A DNA stretch of 64,000 nucleotides, from IMG/VR virus record IMGVR_UViG_3300028840_007026, positions 17,356-81,355 of that record, one strand, 5' to 3'. The stretch comes from a virus. Below the pieces are notes generated by a model. That model worked only from the letters and a program-made list of their open reading frames with translations, did not search any database and was not told the origin of the DNA. Positions 16,759 to 26,583 of the stretch are shown one piece after another. Position 1 is the first letter of the stretch. The number at the start of each line of letters is the position of its first letter. The position numbers and the translations under genes are program-made.

Positions 16759-18155
16759 GCATTAATCCCCCTTCTATGAATTCTATTCTCAACGTGACGC
16801 CATTGCGATATCACCCTGTACAAGCGAAACTATGGAGAAGCAAAACCCGTTTTGATATAGTATATGCAGGGAGAAGATCAGGCAAAACGGAAATAAAAGG
16901 AAAGAGACAAGCAGCAAAAGCAGCATTAGAAGGAAACGAAGGTAGATTCCCTAATTGGAGAGGATTTGTCTCAGCTCCTACACGTGATCAGGCCAAAACT
17001 ATCTACTGGGAAGACCTTAAGAGATTACTACCTCCCCCGCTGAGAGCACGACCTGCCAGCGAATCCAAGTTAACCTTATATGTCTATAACAAGTACGGAA
17101 CGATTTCAGAACTCCACGTTTTAGGAATGGACAGGCCGGAACGTGTTGAGGGTAGTCCTTGGGACTGGGGATTACTTGATGAATATGGGAATATGAAACC
17201 GGAAACATGGGGAGCACATGTACGTCCGGCTCTATCAGATAGGAAAGGGAAGTGTTCGTTTATTGGTGTACCGGAAGGGAGAAATCATTATTATGATCTG
17301 GTTAAAGATGCTGAAGCGAGTACTTTAGTTGATTCCAGCGGGAATAAGGTATGGTCCACATATCATTGGTTGAGCGAAGATATATTAGATGCAGATGAAA
17401 TCATTCAGGCAAAACAGGATCTTGATGAACTGACATACGAGCAGGAGTATTGTGGATCGTTTGTAGTCTTCTCAGGTCTGGCATACTATAAGTTCAATTC
17501 CCACTTGCATACGTCTGGATGCAAAAAGCATTACGATCCATCTTCTCCGCTAATCTTTTGCTTCGACTTCAACGTTGCACCGGGAACTGCGAGTGTACTG
17601 CAAGAAATGTCGGATGTAGATGAATGGCCTATTTCGCAGGTTCCTATTGTCGGTCATACGATTACTTCCCAGATTGGAGAAGTTTATATAAAACGAAACT
17701 CCAACACTGAGAAGGTATGCGATAAACTGATCGATGACTGGGGGGATCATACAGGACTTGTTTTTATATATGGGGATGCGACTGGCGGTGCTGGTGGTTC
17801 TGCGAAGGTGAGAGGATCTGACTGGGATCTGGTGAAGCAGAAACTCTATCCACAATTTGGGAATCGGCTTGTATTCAAAATAAGAAAAAGTAACCCCAGA
17901 GAACGACGTAGAATTAATTGCGTGAATTCTCGTCTCATGTCCATGACAGGCAATATCCATTATCAGGTAGATAAATCTTGTGTAAACACAATAAAGGATT
18001 TTGAGGGAGTAAAGATCCTGGAAGGTAGTGTTGGAGAAATTGACAAGAAATCAGATCCAATGCTTTCCCACTTAACGGACGGAATTGGCTACTATATCGA
18101 ACGTGAGTTCCCGATTATTAAGTTGCAGCCACAGACGTCCAAATTTTGGAAGTAA
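16755..18155 (+). CDS. terL: Terminase large subunit
   Basis: Walker A AGRRSGKT, SAPTRDQA, Walker B GLLDE, GVPEG, nuclease motifs FDFN and HLTDGIGY. Confidence 0.95.
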   Translation: MSINPPSMNSILNVTPLRYHPVQAKLWRSKTRFDIVYAGRRSGKTEIKGKRQAAKAALEGNEGRFPNWRGFVSAPTRDQAKTIYWEDLKRLLPPPLRARPASESKLTLYVYNKYGTISELHVLGMDRPERVEGSPWDWGLLDEYGNMKPETWGAHVRPALSDRKGKCSFIGVPEGRNHYYDLVKDAEASTLVDSSGNKVWSTYHWLSEDILDADEIIQAKQDLDELTYEQEYCGSFVVFSGLAYYKFNSHLHTSGCKKHYDPSSPLIFCFDFNVAPGTASVLQEMSDVDEWPISQVPIVGHTITSQIGEVYIKRNSNTEKVCDKLIDDWGDHTGLVFIYGDATGGAGGSAKVRGSDWDLVKQKLYPQFGNRLVFKIRKSNPRERRRINCVNSRLMSMTGNIHYQVDKSCVNTIKDFEGVKILEGSVGEIDKKSDPMLSHLTDGIGYYIEREFPIIKLQPQTSKFWK

Positions 18156-18168
18156 AGGAGAAAAAGAA

Positions 18169-18618
18169 ATGGCGAACCCTTTTGAATACAACGACGTGGA
18201 GAAGGTTATTAATTACGCTTGTGGATCAAATAAACTATGCTTCTACCAGGATAGGGAAAGCGGAACGGAAGATTATCAGGTAGTATCGTATACTCAGATT
18301 GGTGGTTCACTTTCCCCTATCCCCTGTAAGTTTGAACCCTTTTGCGAATTCAAGCTCCCGAAGGCGAACATAAGACCGGTTCAGATAGTGAGGCACAATT
18401 TCGATTTTAAGAAGATGGCCGAGGCAATGGGATTGCATGATGAGAAGACCGATCCTCCATCTAACGATGGTCCCTTTCGCGGTGCGGAGTTTACGAAGGA
18501 GCACTTTGAATCGAATGCAGAAGAACTGCTTGAACGACTTAAGGACCGTCCACAGGAAAACCACGGACTCTTGAGAACTTCCGAAGACGTAGGTGTCCCG
18601 GATAAGGAAAGTAAATAA
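18169..18618 (+). CDS. Hypothetical protein
   Basis: AAGGAG RBS before ATG 18169; TAATG coupling to the next gene. Confidence 0.75.
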   Translation: MANPFEYNDVEKVINYACGSNKLCFYQDRESGTEDYQVVSYTQIGGSLSPIPCKFEPFCEFKLPKANIRPVQIVRHNFDFKKMAEAMGLHDEKTDPPSNDGPFRGAEFTKEHFESNAEELLERLKDRPQENHGLLRTSEDVGVPDKESK

Positions 18619-21600
18619 TGCCTGAAGTAAAAAGAACTGATCCCAAACGAAGACCGGACCTCTTTTATCTTCCCGATGGACAAGGCGAATATACTCTTGC
18701 ATCCGAAGAGGTAGATCCAATTCTTTTTACTCATTCCGTTGGGTCTATTAAAGTAGTAGCAAAAAAGGTTTTCGATGGGATTGCTTACTTTGTTTTCAAG
18801 TCAGACATAAGCCAAATATGGTGGAAAAGGGATGCATTAGCGAATCCAATACTGGTAGCAGAGTGTCAACTGGTTGGACAGGTTTATCTTAACGACTCAT
18901 GGAACAACTACCCCTTTGAATTCTCCGAAGCCAATGTCTCAAGCCAAGGAGACGGCCGATACCGTGCGATCCAAACACAAGGCAATAACCTATTTGCTAT
19001 GGAATGGGACTGGTCTCAGGGAAGTGGGAAGCAGTCCTTTTTTATTGATGTTCCTGGACAGCTTGTGCGTTTGAGATGGCAATGTAGGGTACTTGAAAGT
19101 GCTATCGCCAATCCGGAACAGGGGAAACAAGGTCTCAGTTATTCAACCCATGATTATCCCGGAAATGTAAATCACGGTAGTCAAGCAGATCCGGAGGAGG
19201 GATGGGTACAGCACTGGTGGACGTTCGAGCCAGACGGGTTTACTTGCGATGTAGAAGATGAAAGAACTCCTCTCCAACGTTATAATGAAGGAGCAGGACT
19301 GGTAGTCGATCCATATCTTGTTATAGATGAGCAAGCTACTTACGTAGATGTTACCTGTGACGGGTACGTCGCAAGGGTTCATTATGGAGGTGGTCAATAC
19401 CATGCTATAAGTATTCGGGATCCAAATAATGTTTCTACTGAGTGGATTCGTATGGGTTCACTGGTGAGACAATCAACTACCTCATATGCTCTTGCACAGG
19501 ATGCTGGTGTTGCTGTCACTATCAAGGAGATGAACAGTGTTCGGGTAGTAATCAAATTGACAGGGGATTTTGAAACCGGTGCATATGCGAGTCTGACTAA
19601 TGAATCGGGTTCGGAAATGTGGTACTACCTTTACACAGATCGTATCCTCCAAAGAATAAAGTTCAATGCTACTGGATCGATTACTTTCGATACATCTATT
19701 TATCATGGTCAGTGCTATGCAGATATCCAAACTGCAAACGTAGCAAATGAAGTTTCTAAGTATGAGTCTTCGGGAAGTGAAGCGACTCAAAGTGTAACAG
19801 CGGAAAGAAATGACGCTGATTATCTTGCCGTTCTATCTGATGAGATAGACATTATGGGAATCAATCTTCTTCACGATCTTGGAGGTGGTACTGCTCCTTA
19901 TACTCAAGTTCTGGTTACTGGTGGAGACAGAATAGGTTTTCGTTGGAGCAATGGTACTGTTACTGCTCTTTCTGAAATGGCTGTTTTATGGGTACTTGAT
20001 TCCGCGGATAGAAGCGGTTCAGCTAAGAAATACGACAGTACAAAACGACTTGCCATTGGGGACCAGTGGAAAGACCTAAATATTGAGAACTGGGATGATG
20101 CAACATACCATACCGATCTTGTTGGATACTGGACGTGTGATGATGATGCAGCGAGTACTACCATACTCGCCGAAGTAGGCAGCAATGGAGCGCTTGCAGG
20201 TGGGAGTAATACCGAAGACGTTTCAAGTGTAACTGCTCGACAAGGAACGAGCTTTTTGCTTGATGGTTCAGCGGACATTATAAACTTGTCAACTTGTTTC
20301 AATACCGATTTGACAAACAAGAATCTATTCACGGTAGTAATAAATGCAAGGCCTACGTTTGCCTATAACGTAGCAGTTGACCAGCTTTTACTCACAATAG
20401 GATCCTCTTCTACTAATCGCCTTATGATTGGCTATCGTGCATCTACTGATCAATGGACGATTTATAACGATATTGCTAATGCGGGAGTTACTACCTCATA
20501 TGGGAGAGTATATACTTCAAGCGTTCAAATGCAAAAATGGGTGACTGTAGTAGTGGCTGTTGACCTGACAAACGATGTGGTAGCACTGGCAGTTGATGGA
20601 AGAATACTTGCGACGGAATCTGTAACCCAGAGCTGGAGTGCTACTCCTACTTATCTCTATGTCGGTTCAAACATCTCAGAAAATACTTTTTGGACTGGGT
20701 ATATTGACGAGATTACTTTACTCGATGGATATCTTCCCTATCAGTTATCTCCTTATGTAGAAGTTTTTACTCCCGTAAGGGATTGCTATATTCCTAAGAA
20801 CCTGACGATCGATGGTTTTGCTTCCGATGGCGGATTACACGTTATTCCGAATTCAAACCATAAAGTAAAAGTAGTATGGGACCGATTGCGTTATAGCAAT
20901 ATTCTCGTACTTGATTCCACCAGTTTTCTTGATACATTAAATGTTGAACGACTTTCATCATGGTGGAGGTTTGATGATGATGCAGCGAGTACTACCATTC
21001 TGGCTGAGAATTATGGGTCCGGGAAAACCAACGGGACATTAGGCGGAGGGGACAACACTGAAGATAAGCAACAAGTTGGAGCACTTGGAGGTTCCTTTCT
21101 TTTTAATGGAACAGATGACTACGCGGATTTAAGCTCTGCTCTAAGTGATATTTCCTCAACAAATAAATTTACTGTTTCCTTGAGAGTAAAACCTAATTTC
21201 ACTTATTCGAATAGTACTTCCCGGATGATCTTAGAAATTGGGTCAAGTTCATCGGATAGAGTATTACTTTACTGGTCAACTGGTAATGCTATAGTTTTCC
21301 AAAATGATATATCGGATGCATCTACAGCCTACGATCTGGTTACAGTTTCTTCGACGTATGAGACTCAGCAATGGTGGGATATTCATTTAATGGTTAACCT
21401 GGATGCTGATTGCATCATCGTTGCCGTTAATGGGGTTGTAAAGCTGAGATTGGTTGCTACCGAAAGTTGGAATGCAACACCTACTTATTTCTATGTGGGA
21501 AGGAACATCTCGGGTTCCAGCAATTATTGGCCTGGATACGTTTGTGACGTTAAACTATATAATGGACCAATTTGTCTCGGTGGCGGAGGTCCACTACCGT

Positions 21601-22343
21601 TGAGCAATGATGATTCCGATTTCTCCATTGCGAATAGCGATGTAATCTTTCATACACTTCTCCGCGATATTACTTCCCCAACTGCGGAGGTGGCAGGTGG
21701 TTCTTCCACAATTACAGTCGGGGGAAGTCCTTCTCTCGAAAGCGATATGAATGGGGTATCAAATGCTTCCATTCTATTTGATGCGAGTGGGGATATTCTT
21801 ACTTTTCCCACTTCTGGGAATCTGGATATTTCTCAGGGTTCGATCATGTTTTGGTGGAAGAGTGTTTCTGCATTTGATGATAGTAATGATCGAGTACTTT
21901 TTGGTGGACGTGGAGCAAGTAATGATGCGGGGGATTTTGTTATCATCAAAACAAGTACTCCACAGTTGTATCTTTTGACTGTGGATAGTTCTTCTAATAT
22001 AATTTATATCTATTTCAATGCTGCGCAAATAACTGCTTGGACGACTTGGACTTCGCTTCGGTTTGTTTGGAGTTCAAGTGTTCCTGTTTATAGTACTCAC
22101 CATATGGCAATGTTCATTGACGGTCAGTATCGTACTCCTGCAGGTGGTTCAAATCATACTTCTCCCTGGACGGCAGGTACACCTCAGACAACACAAGGGA
22201 TTGGGAATGATCAGCAAGATACCGCCGACTTTGCGAACGGTTATATGTCCCGCTTGAGTATTACTGATAATCCGTTTACTCCCGAAAATTGGTCCTCTTA
22301 TGGAATTCCTTTAAGGACTCTTTTATTGGACGTGAGGGAATAA
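18618..22343 (+). CDS. Large multi-LamG (concanavalin A-like) protein, probable virion adhesin
   Basis: Two near-duplicate modules (W..DDDAASTTILAE...GG..NTED...SFL..G..D; W.GY..E/D) plus a third LamG-like domain (SQGSIMFWWK). Confidence 0.8.
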   Translation: MPEVKRTDPKRRPDLFYLPDGQGEYTLASEEVDPILFTHSVGSIKVVAKKVFDGIAYFVFKSDISQIWWKRDALANPILVAECQLVGQVYLNDSWNNYPFEFSEANVSSQGDGRYRAIQTQGNNLFAMEWDWSQGSGKQSFFIDVPGQLVRLRWQCRVLESAIANPEQGKQGLSYSTHDYPGNVNHGSQADPEEGWVQHWWTFEPDGFTCDVEDERTPLQRYNEGAGLVVDPYLVIDEQATYVDVTCDGYVARVHYGGGQYHAISIRDPNNVSTEWIRMGSLVRQSTTSYALAQDAGVAVTIKEMNSVRVVIKLTGDFETGAYASLTNESGSEMWYYLYTDRILQRIKFNATGSITFDTSIYHGQCYADIQTANVANEVSKYESSGSEATQSVTAERNDADYLAVLSDEIDIMGINLLHDLGGGTAPYTQVLVTGGDRIGFRWSNGTVTALSEMAVLWVLDSADRSGSAKKYDSTKRLAIGDQWKDLNIENWDDATYHTDLVGYWTCDDDAASTTILAEVGSNGALAGGSNTEDVSSVTARQGTSFLLDGSADIINLSTCFNTDLTNKNLFTVVINARPTFAYNVAVDQLLLTIGSSSTNRLMIGYRASTDQWTIYNDIANAGVTTSYGRVYTSSVQMQKWVTVVVAVDLTNDVVALAVDGRILATESVTQSWSATPTYLYVGSNISENTFWTGYIDEITLLDGYLPYQLSPYVEVFTPVRDCYIPKNLTIDGFASDGGLHVIPNSNHKVKVVWDRLRYSNILVLDSTSFLDTLNVERLSSWWRFDDDAASTTILAENYGSGKTNGTLGGGDNTEDKQQVGALGGSFLFNGTDDYADLSSALSDISSTNKFTVSLRVKPNFTYSNSTSRMILEIGSSSSDRVLLYWSTGNAIVFQNDISDASTAYDLVTVSSTYETQQWWDIHLMVNLDADCIIVAVNGVVKLRLVATESWNATPTYFYVGRNISGSSNYWPGYVCDVKLYNGPICLGGGGPLPLSNDDSDFSIANSDVIFHTLLRDITSPTAEVAGGSSTITVGGSPSLESDMNGVSNASILFDASGDILTFPTSGNLDISQGSIMFWWKSVSAFDDSNDRVLFGGRGASNDAGDFVIIKTSTPQLYLLTVDSSSNIIYIYFNAAQITAWTTWTSLRFVWSSSVPVYSTHHMAMFIDGQYRTPAGGSNHTSPWTAGTPQTTQGIGNDQQDTADFANGYMSRLSITDNPFTPENWSSYGIPLRTLLLDVRE

Positions 22344-22344
22344 A

Positions 22345-23754
22345 ATGACTGAGATCAAATACGGGACTGAATTTAAAACAGTTTGGCTACCAGACGGTAG
22401 ACGATTGTTTGTTCAATCTGATGGTAATACTCAAACGACAGGTGACATTTGGAATATAGCGTTTGATATAACCACGACCACGACCACGAGTACAACGACA
22501 ACAACTACGAGTACATCAACTACAACTACTACCAGTACCACGAGTACTACGAGTACTACGACAACTACGGAGCCTCCGCTTTATGCTTGGGATCCTGATA
22601 AGTGCTCATCGAACATAACTCTCAGCAATGGCAATCGAACAGCAGAATGTACCGTTGATACGACTGTAAGTTCCGTTATTTCTAAGTGGGATAAGAGTTC
22701 AGGTAAGTGGTACTGGGAAATTGAAATTGATGCCGTCAACGGTTACTTTCAATCGTTTGGCATTTGCGATCAAGACATTGGAACCGACTTTGACAAAGAC
22801 ATTCGGACCGGATGGAATGAGTCTTGGTCGCTTTTTCGGTATCTATCAACGACGGCACGCGCTTATCATGACGGCATTTATGGCACTTATAGTATTAGCT
22901 TCGGTGCTGCCGGAACCGTCATTATGCTTGCGCTTGACCTTGACAACAATCGGTTTTATGCTGGAGTTGACGGGACATGGGTGAACAGCGGCGATCCGGC
23001 GGCCGGAACCGGGTATCTTTACGAAGACGCCACTATAGACGCGGTTATTGCAGCTTGTTACTCACCTCGTTATGATGGAGATATAATAACATCCTGTTTT
23101 AGAAATAGCGAATTAAATTATACTCCTCCGACTGGGTATGTTGCTCCGGATCAAGAGCAACCGACTACAACTACAACTACTACCAGTACCAGTACCACGA
23201 GTACTACATCAACTACAACTACTACCAGTACCACGAGTACTACGAGTACTACGACAACTGCACCTCCGACGACGACGAGCACTACGTCAACCAGTACTAC
23301 GTCAACCACGAGCACTACGACAACAACTGTTCCACCGACAACAACCACTACCACTACATCGACTACCAGTACTACCAGTACTACATCAACAACGAGTACG
23401 ACCAGCACGACAACGACCAGCACGACAACGACGAGTACAACAAGTTCTACTACATCAACGTCAACAACGAGTACTACATCAACGTCAACAACGAGTACTA
23501 CATCAACGTCAACGACGAGTACTACGTCAACGACGAGTACAACAAGTTCCACTACGAGTACGACGGTCAGCACGACAACCACGACTGGAACAACTACTAC
23601 CAGTACGACGGTCACGACCACTACGATTGATCCGAATACTATTGCTGTAAGCGTGAGTGCTACTGTAAAATTGCCTACTATTTTAGGAAGCAGCAAACAA
23701 CCGAGCATTCTGGCAACTGTTTCACAACCAACTATCACTGTAACGGGAGATTAA
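22345..23754 (+). CDS. SPRY-domain protein with mucin-like Thr/Ser stalks
   Basis: SSGKWYWEIEID...ALDLDNNRFYAGVDGTW; very long T/S tract plus a short N-terminal one. Confidence 0.85.
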   Translation: MTEIKYGTEFKTVWLPDGRRLFVQSDGNTQTTGDIWNIAFDITTTTTTSTTTTTTSTSTTTTTSTTSTTSTTTTTEPPLYAWDPDKCSSNITLSNGNRTAECTVDTTVSSVISKWDKSSGKWYWEIEIDAVNGYFQSFGICDQDIGTDFDKDIRTGWNESWSLFRYLSTTARAYHDGIYGTYSISFGAAGTVIMLALDLDNNRFYAGVDGTWVNSGDPAAGTGYLYEDATIDAVIAACYSPRYDGDIITSCFRNSELNYTPPTGYVAPDQEQPTTTTTTTSTSTTSTTSTTTTTSTTSTTSTTTTAPPTTTSTTSTSTTSTTSTTTTTVPPTTTTTTTSTTSTTSTTSTTSTTSTTTTSTTTTSTTSSTTSTSTTSTTSTSTTSTTSTSTTSTTSTTSTTSSTTSTTVSTTTTTGTTTTSTTVTTTTIDPNTIAVSVSATVKLPTILGSSKQPSILATVSQPTITVTGD

Positions 23755-23757
23755 AAG

Positions 23758-24111
23758 ATGGCGGTAACACTTAAAACACGAGCGAAGGAAGGTTCTCAGT
23801 ATGTTATAAGCCTCACTTTCAAAAACAGTGCCGGAGCACTCGCTGTACCAAGTGCAGTCAGATGGACATTGACCAATTGCGACAGAGAAGTAATTAACAA
23901 TAGGCGACACGTAGTAGTAGCACCTGCAGCCAATATTGACGTAGTCTTGTCTGGGGCTGACCTTGGAGTCACGGAGTTTGGCTCCACAGCAACGAGGAAG
24001 TTCCTTGTGGAAGCAGTTGATAATGGTTTACCGATAGTGGAAGAATTTACTTTCAAGATTGAGCAATCACTTATTTATCCGATAACTACTACCACATCAA
24101 CTACCATATAG
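23758..24111 (+). CDS. Ig-like/BppU-like small protein with C-terminal Thr tag
   Basis: Beta-rich, 117 aa, ends TTTTSTTI*. Confidence 0.7.
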   Translation: MAVTLKTRAKEGSQYVISLTFKNSAGALAVPSAVRWTLTNCDREVINNRRHVVVAPAANIDVVLSGADLGVTEFGSTATRKFLVEAVDNGLPIVEEFTFKIEQSLIYPITTTTSTTI

Positions 24112-24120
24112 GAGAAGCGA

Positions 24121-24978
24121 ATGGAAATCATTAATCTCGGCGACGGTTCTTATAAGAATTGCCATATATACGAAGATGAGAATACTCATGAAGCGTATAT
24201 GGCCGTCACCGATATGCTAAATGGTGGAATTACTGTTTTTCGTAGAACCAGTGGAATACTCGAATGGGAATTCGTTAAAACCTTTTACATGGGATGGGGA
24301 GCAATGTGGGCTCCTTACGTAGTGAAGATCGAAGACAAAATATGGATTTATGTTTGTGATACCGCTGGAGTAAATCCATATTACGAAACCATGAGAATTT
24401 ATCGTTTCATGGTGTCGGATACGTTTGACAATGTTGAACTTGATATTGAACGAGTAAACGTAAACATGGATCGGGACCACCTTGCAATGATAGATCCCTG
24501 TATGTTTTACTACCAAGGATGGTGGTATCTCGCGGTAGCAATATTATGGGATCCGGAGAACTTACGATGGTGGGATATTGCCGTATTTGCTTCACGCAAT
24601 CCTCATGGTCCATTTGAATTGGAAACGATGCAATACATTGGGATAGGCGATCAACATTTGATACCGGATGTTGTCAATATTGATGAGGCTTTTAAATTTA
24701 TCCCTTCGTTTGATAATCATCTCCATTGTGTTTACTCATGCGGGGATTCTGGTGTGAAGACTGGTTATTCAGTGCTTGGACATATGGTTTCCGAGGGTAT
24801 GTTCAGCGAAGGCTACCTTGACTGGGTAGTTAAACCGGTAAGACTTCTTAGAAATTATGAACGGTTAATTACTGCTCCAACATATTATCAAGGGAAGATG
24901 TTCGCCACTACTTCTGAGAATGAGGTGACCGGTTTGCAAACTGGTTTTGATATAGCTGTTTTGTCTGAATTCGATTAG
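24121..24978 (+). CDS. Five-bladed beta-propeller glycoside hydrolase-like protein (GH43-like)
   Basis: MWAPYVVKIEDKIWIY, AMIDPCMF...WWYL, SRNPHGPF and IDEA motifs. Confidence 0.65.
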   Translation: MEIINLGDGSYKNCHIYEDENTHEAYMAVTDMLNGGITVFRRTSGILEWEFVKTFYMGWGAMWAPYVVKIEDKIWIYVCDTAGVNPYYETMRIYRFMVSDTFDNVELDIERVNVNMDRDHLAMIDPCMFYYQGWWYLAVAILWDPENLRWWDIAVFASRNPHGPFELETMQYIGIGDQHLIPDVVNIDEAFKFIPSFDNHLHCVYSCGDSGVKTGYSVLGHMVSEGMFSEGYLDWVVKPVRLLRNYERLITAPTYYQGKMFATTSENEVTGLQTGFDIAVLSEFD

Positions 24979-24989
24979 GAGATTAAATC

Positions 24990-26576
24990 ATGGCAACAAA
25001 GAATGAGAAGAGAACAGCAACACCAAAAAACCCTGACTTGACCGTCGATGAGTTGAAAGCAACACACGAACTCCACCAGCTATTTAAAAGCGAATGGGAG
25101 TTCTTATATGCTGCTTATCAGGGAGCGCGAGAACTTGTTAATCTTGGTTACCTTGTAAAGCACGAGCGTGAAACCAGTGAGAATTACGAAGCTCGTAAAA
25201 AACAGGCATATGGTTTCGGTTATTCTCAGTCGATTGTGGATACATTGAACTTCTACCTGAACAAGAAAGCAACAAAGAGAACAGTTCCTCAAAAGATTGA
25301 AAGCGATGCACTGTACGAATTGTTTTCTGAGGATTGCAATTTGGAAGGTGATGGGATCGACGAGTTTATTACCGAGCAGAGTAGGCTCGCTTCCATTATG
25401 GGTTACACGGGAGTACTTGTTGACAAACCTTCTACCGTGTTTTTTAATCGACAAGAGCAAATAGATATGGAAGTACATCCGTATCTTTGCTCATACTATC
25501 CACAAGCTATTCTGGATTGGAAGATTGAACGGGATCAGTTTGGTCGGCCCGTTTTAACTTACCTGAAACTTCTCCAGGACAGTGGACAATATTTGCTTTG
25601 GTTTCAGGATCAATTTGAGATTTGGGAAATACCATTCGATGAAGATGGTAGCCCAAGAACAGATCAGGAAAAGGCCGAGTTGGTCGAATGTAGAACTCAT
25701 ACTCTGAATGAGATTCCGTTTGTTTTTATCATCAATAAGAAGTGGAGAATTCGCCCCATCGGTAAATCGGATATATCTGACATAGCAAGAATTGATGTGA
25801 GTATTATCCGGAACCTTTCACAAGGAGAGGAAGTTATTGACTACTCCGCGTTTCCAATGATGAGAAAAGCTGCATTGGAAGGTCGCCCTGATCAGGTGGT
25901 AGACAAATCGGATGAAACTGGTCCGACGGCAGTACTCAGTTTTGATCCGGACAATCCGGATTCCAAGCCTGACTGGTTGCAGTCCGAATCCAAGGATCCG
26001 ATTGATGCAATTGTTGTATGGATTGGGTTAAAGATAGCAGAGATCTACCGTGCGAGTAACATTGGCGGGATGGCTGCAAACGAAGTTTCCACGGTAGCAA
26101 AGTCTGGTTCTGCTCTCCAGTCCGAGTTCCAACTTCTCAATTCCAGCCTTGTGAGAAAAGCAGTCAATCTTGAGAAGGCGGAGTCGAGAATATATTGGTT
26201 CTACTACAAGTGGGAATTTGAGGGAGAAGAAAAAGAACTTATCAAGGAAACGAAGATTGAGCGTGAGCGCACATACGACGTGGAGAACTTGGCTCAGGAC
26301 CTTGATAACGTTATTACTTCCACGAGCATAGTTGTCAGCAACAAATTTAAAGAAGCGATGCAAAAGAAAACTGCTCGCAAAATGCTACCTTCCTGGAACG
26401 ATACTCAGATGCAAGAAATTGACGATGAGATCGAACAGGGAATTGAAGAGGAGGCGAACAGGCCGAAGCCTGGAGATCCAGATTACTACGATCCATTTAT
26501 GGAAAAACCTGAAACGGACGATAGTGAAGACAAAGTACTCCCATTTCAGAAAAAGACTTCCGGCGAGAAGGAGTAA
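24990..26576 (+). CDS. Portal protein
   Basis: 528 aa; G..GVLVDKP, HTLNEIPFV and AKSGSAL motifs; upstream of MuF, scaffold and capsid genes. Confidence 0.9.
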   Translation: MATKNEKRTATPKNPDLTVDELKATHELHQLFKSEWEFLYAAYQGARELVNLGYLVKHERETSENYEARKKQAYGFGYSQSIVDTLNFYLNKKATKRTVPQKIESDALYELFSEDCNLEGDGIDEFITEQSRLASIMGYTGVLVDKPSTVFFNRQEQIDMEVHPYLCSYYPQAILDWKIERDQFGRPVLTYLKLLQDSGQYLLWFQDQFEIWEIPFDEDGSPRTDQEKAELVECRTHTLNEIPFVFIINKKWRIRPIGKSDISDIARIDVSIIRNLSQGEEVIDYSAFPMMRKAALEGRPDQVVDKSDETGPTAVLSFDPDNPDSKPDWLQSESKDPIDAIVVWIGLKIAEIYRASNIGGMAANEVSTVAKSGSALQSEFQLLNSSLVRKAVNLEKAESRIYWFYYKWEFEGEEKELIKETKIERERTYDVENLAQDLDNVITSTSIVVSNKFKEAMQKKTARKMLPSWNDTQMQEIDDEIEQGIEEEANRPKPGDPDYYDPFMEKPETDDSEDKVLPFQKKTSGEKE

Positions 26577-26583
26577 TCCTTAA

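Noticed and set aside
23138-23738. Poly-Val antisense and Arg/Gln-rich alternate-frame ORFs (also 48180-48590)
   Set aside because: Artefacts of the poly-Thr/Ser codons.
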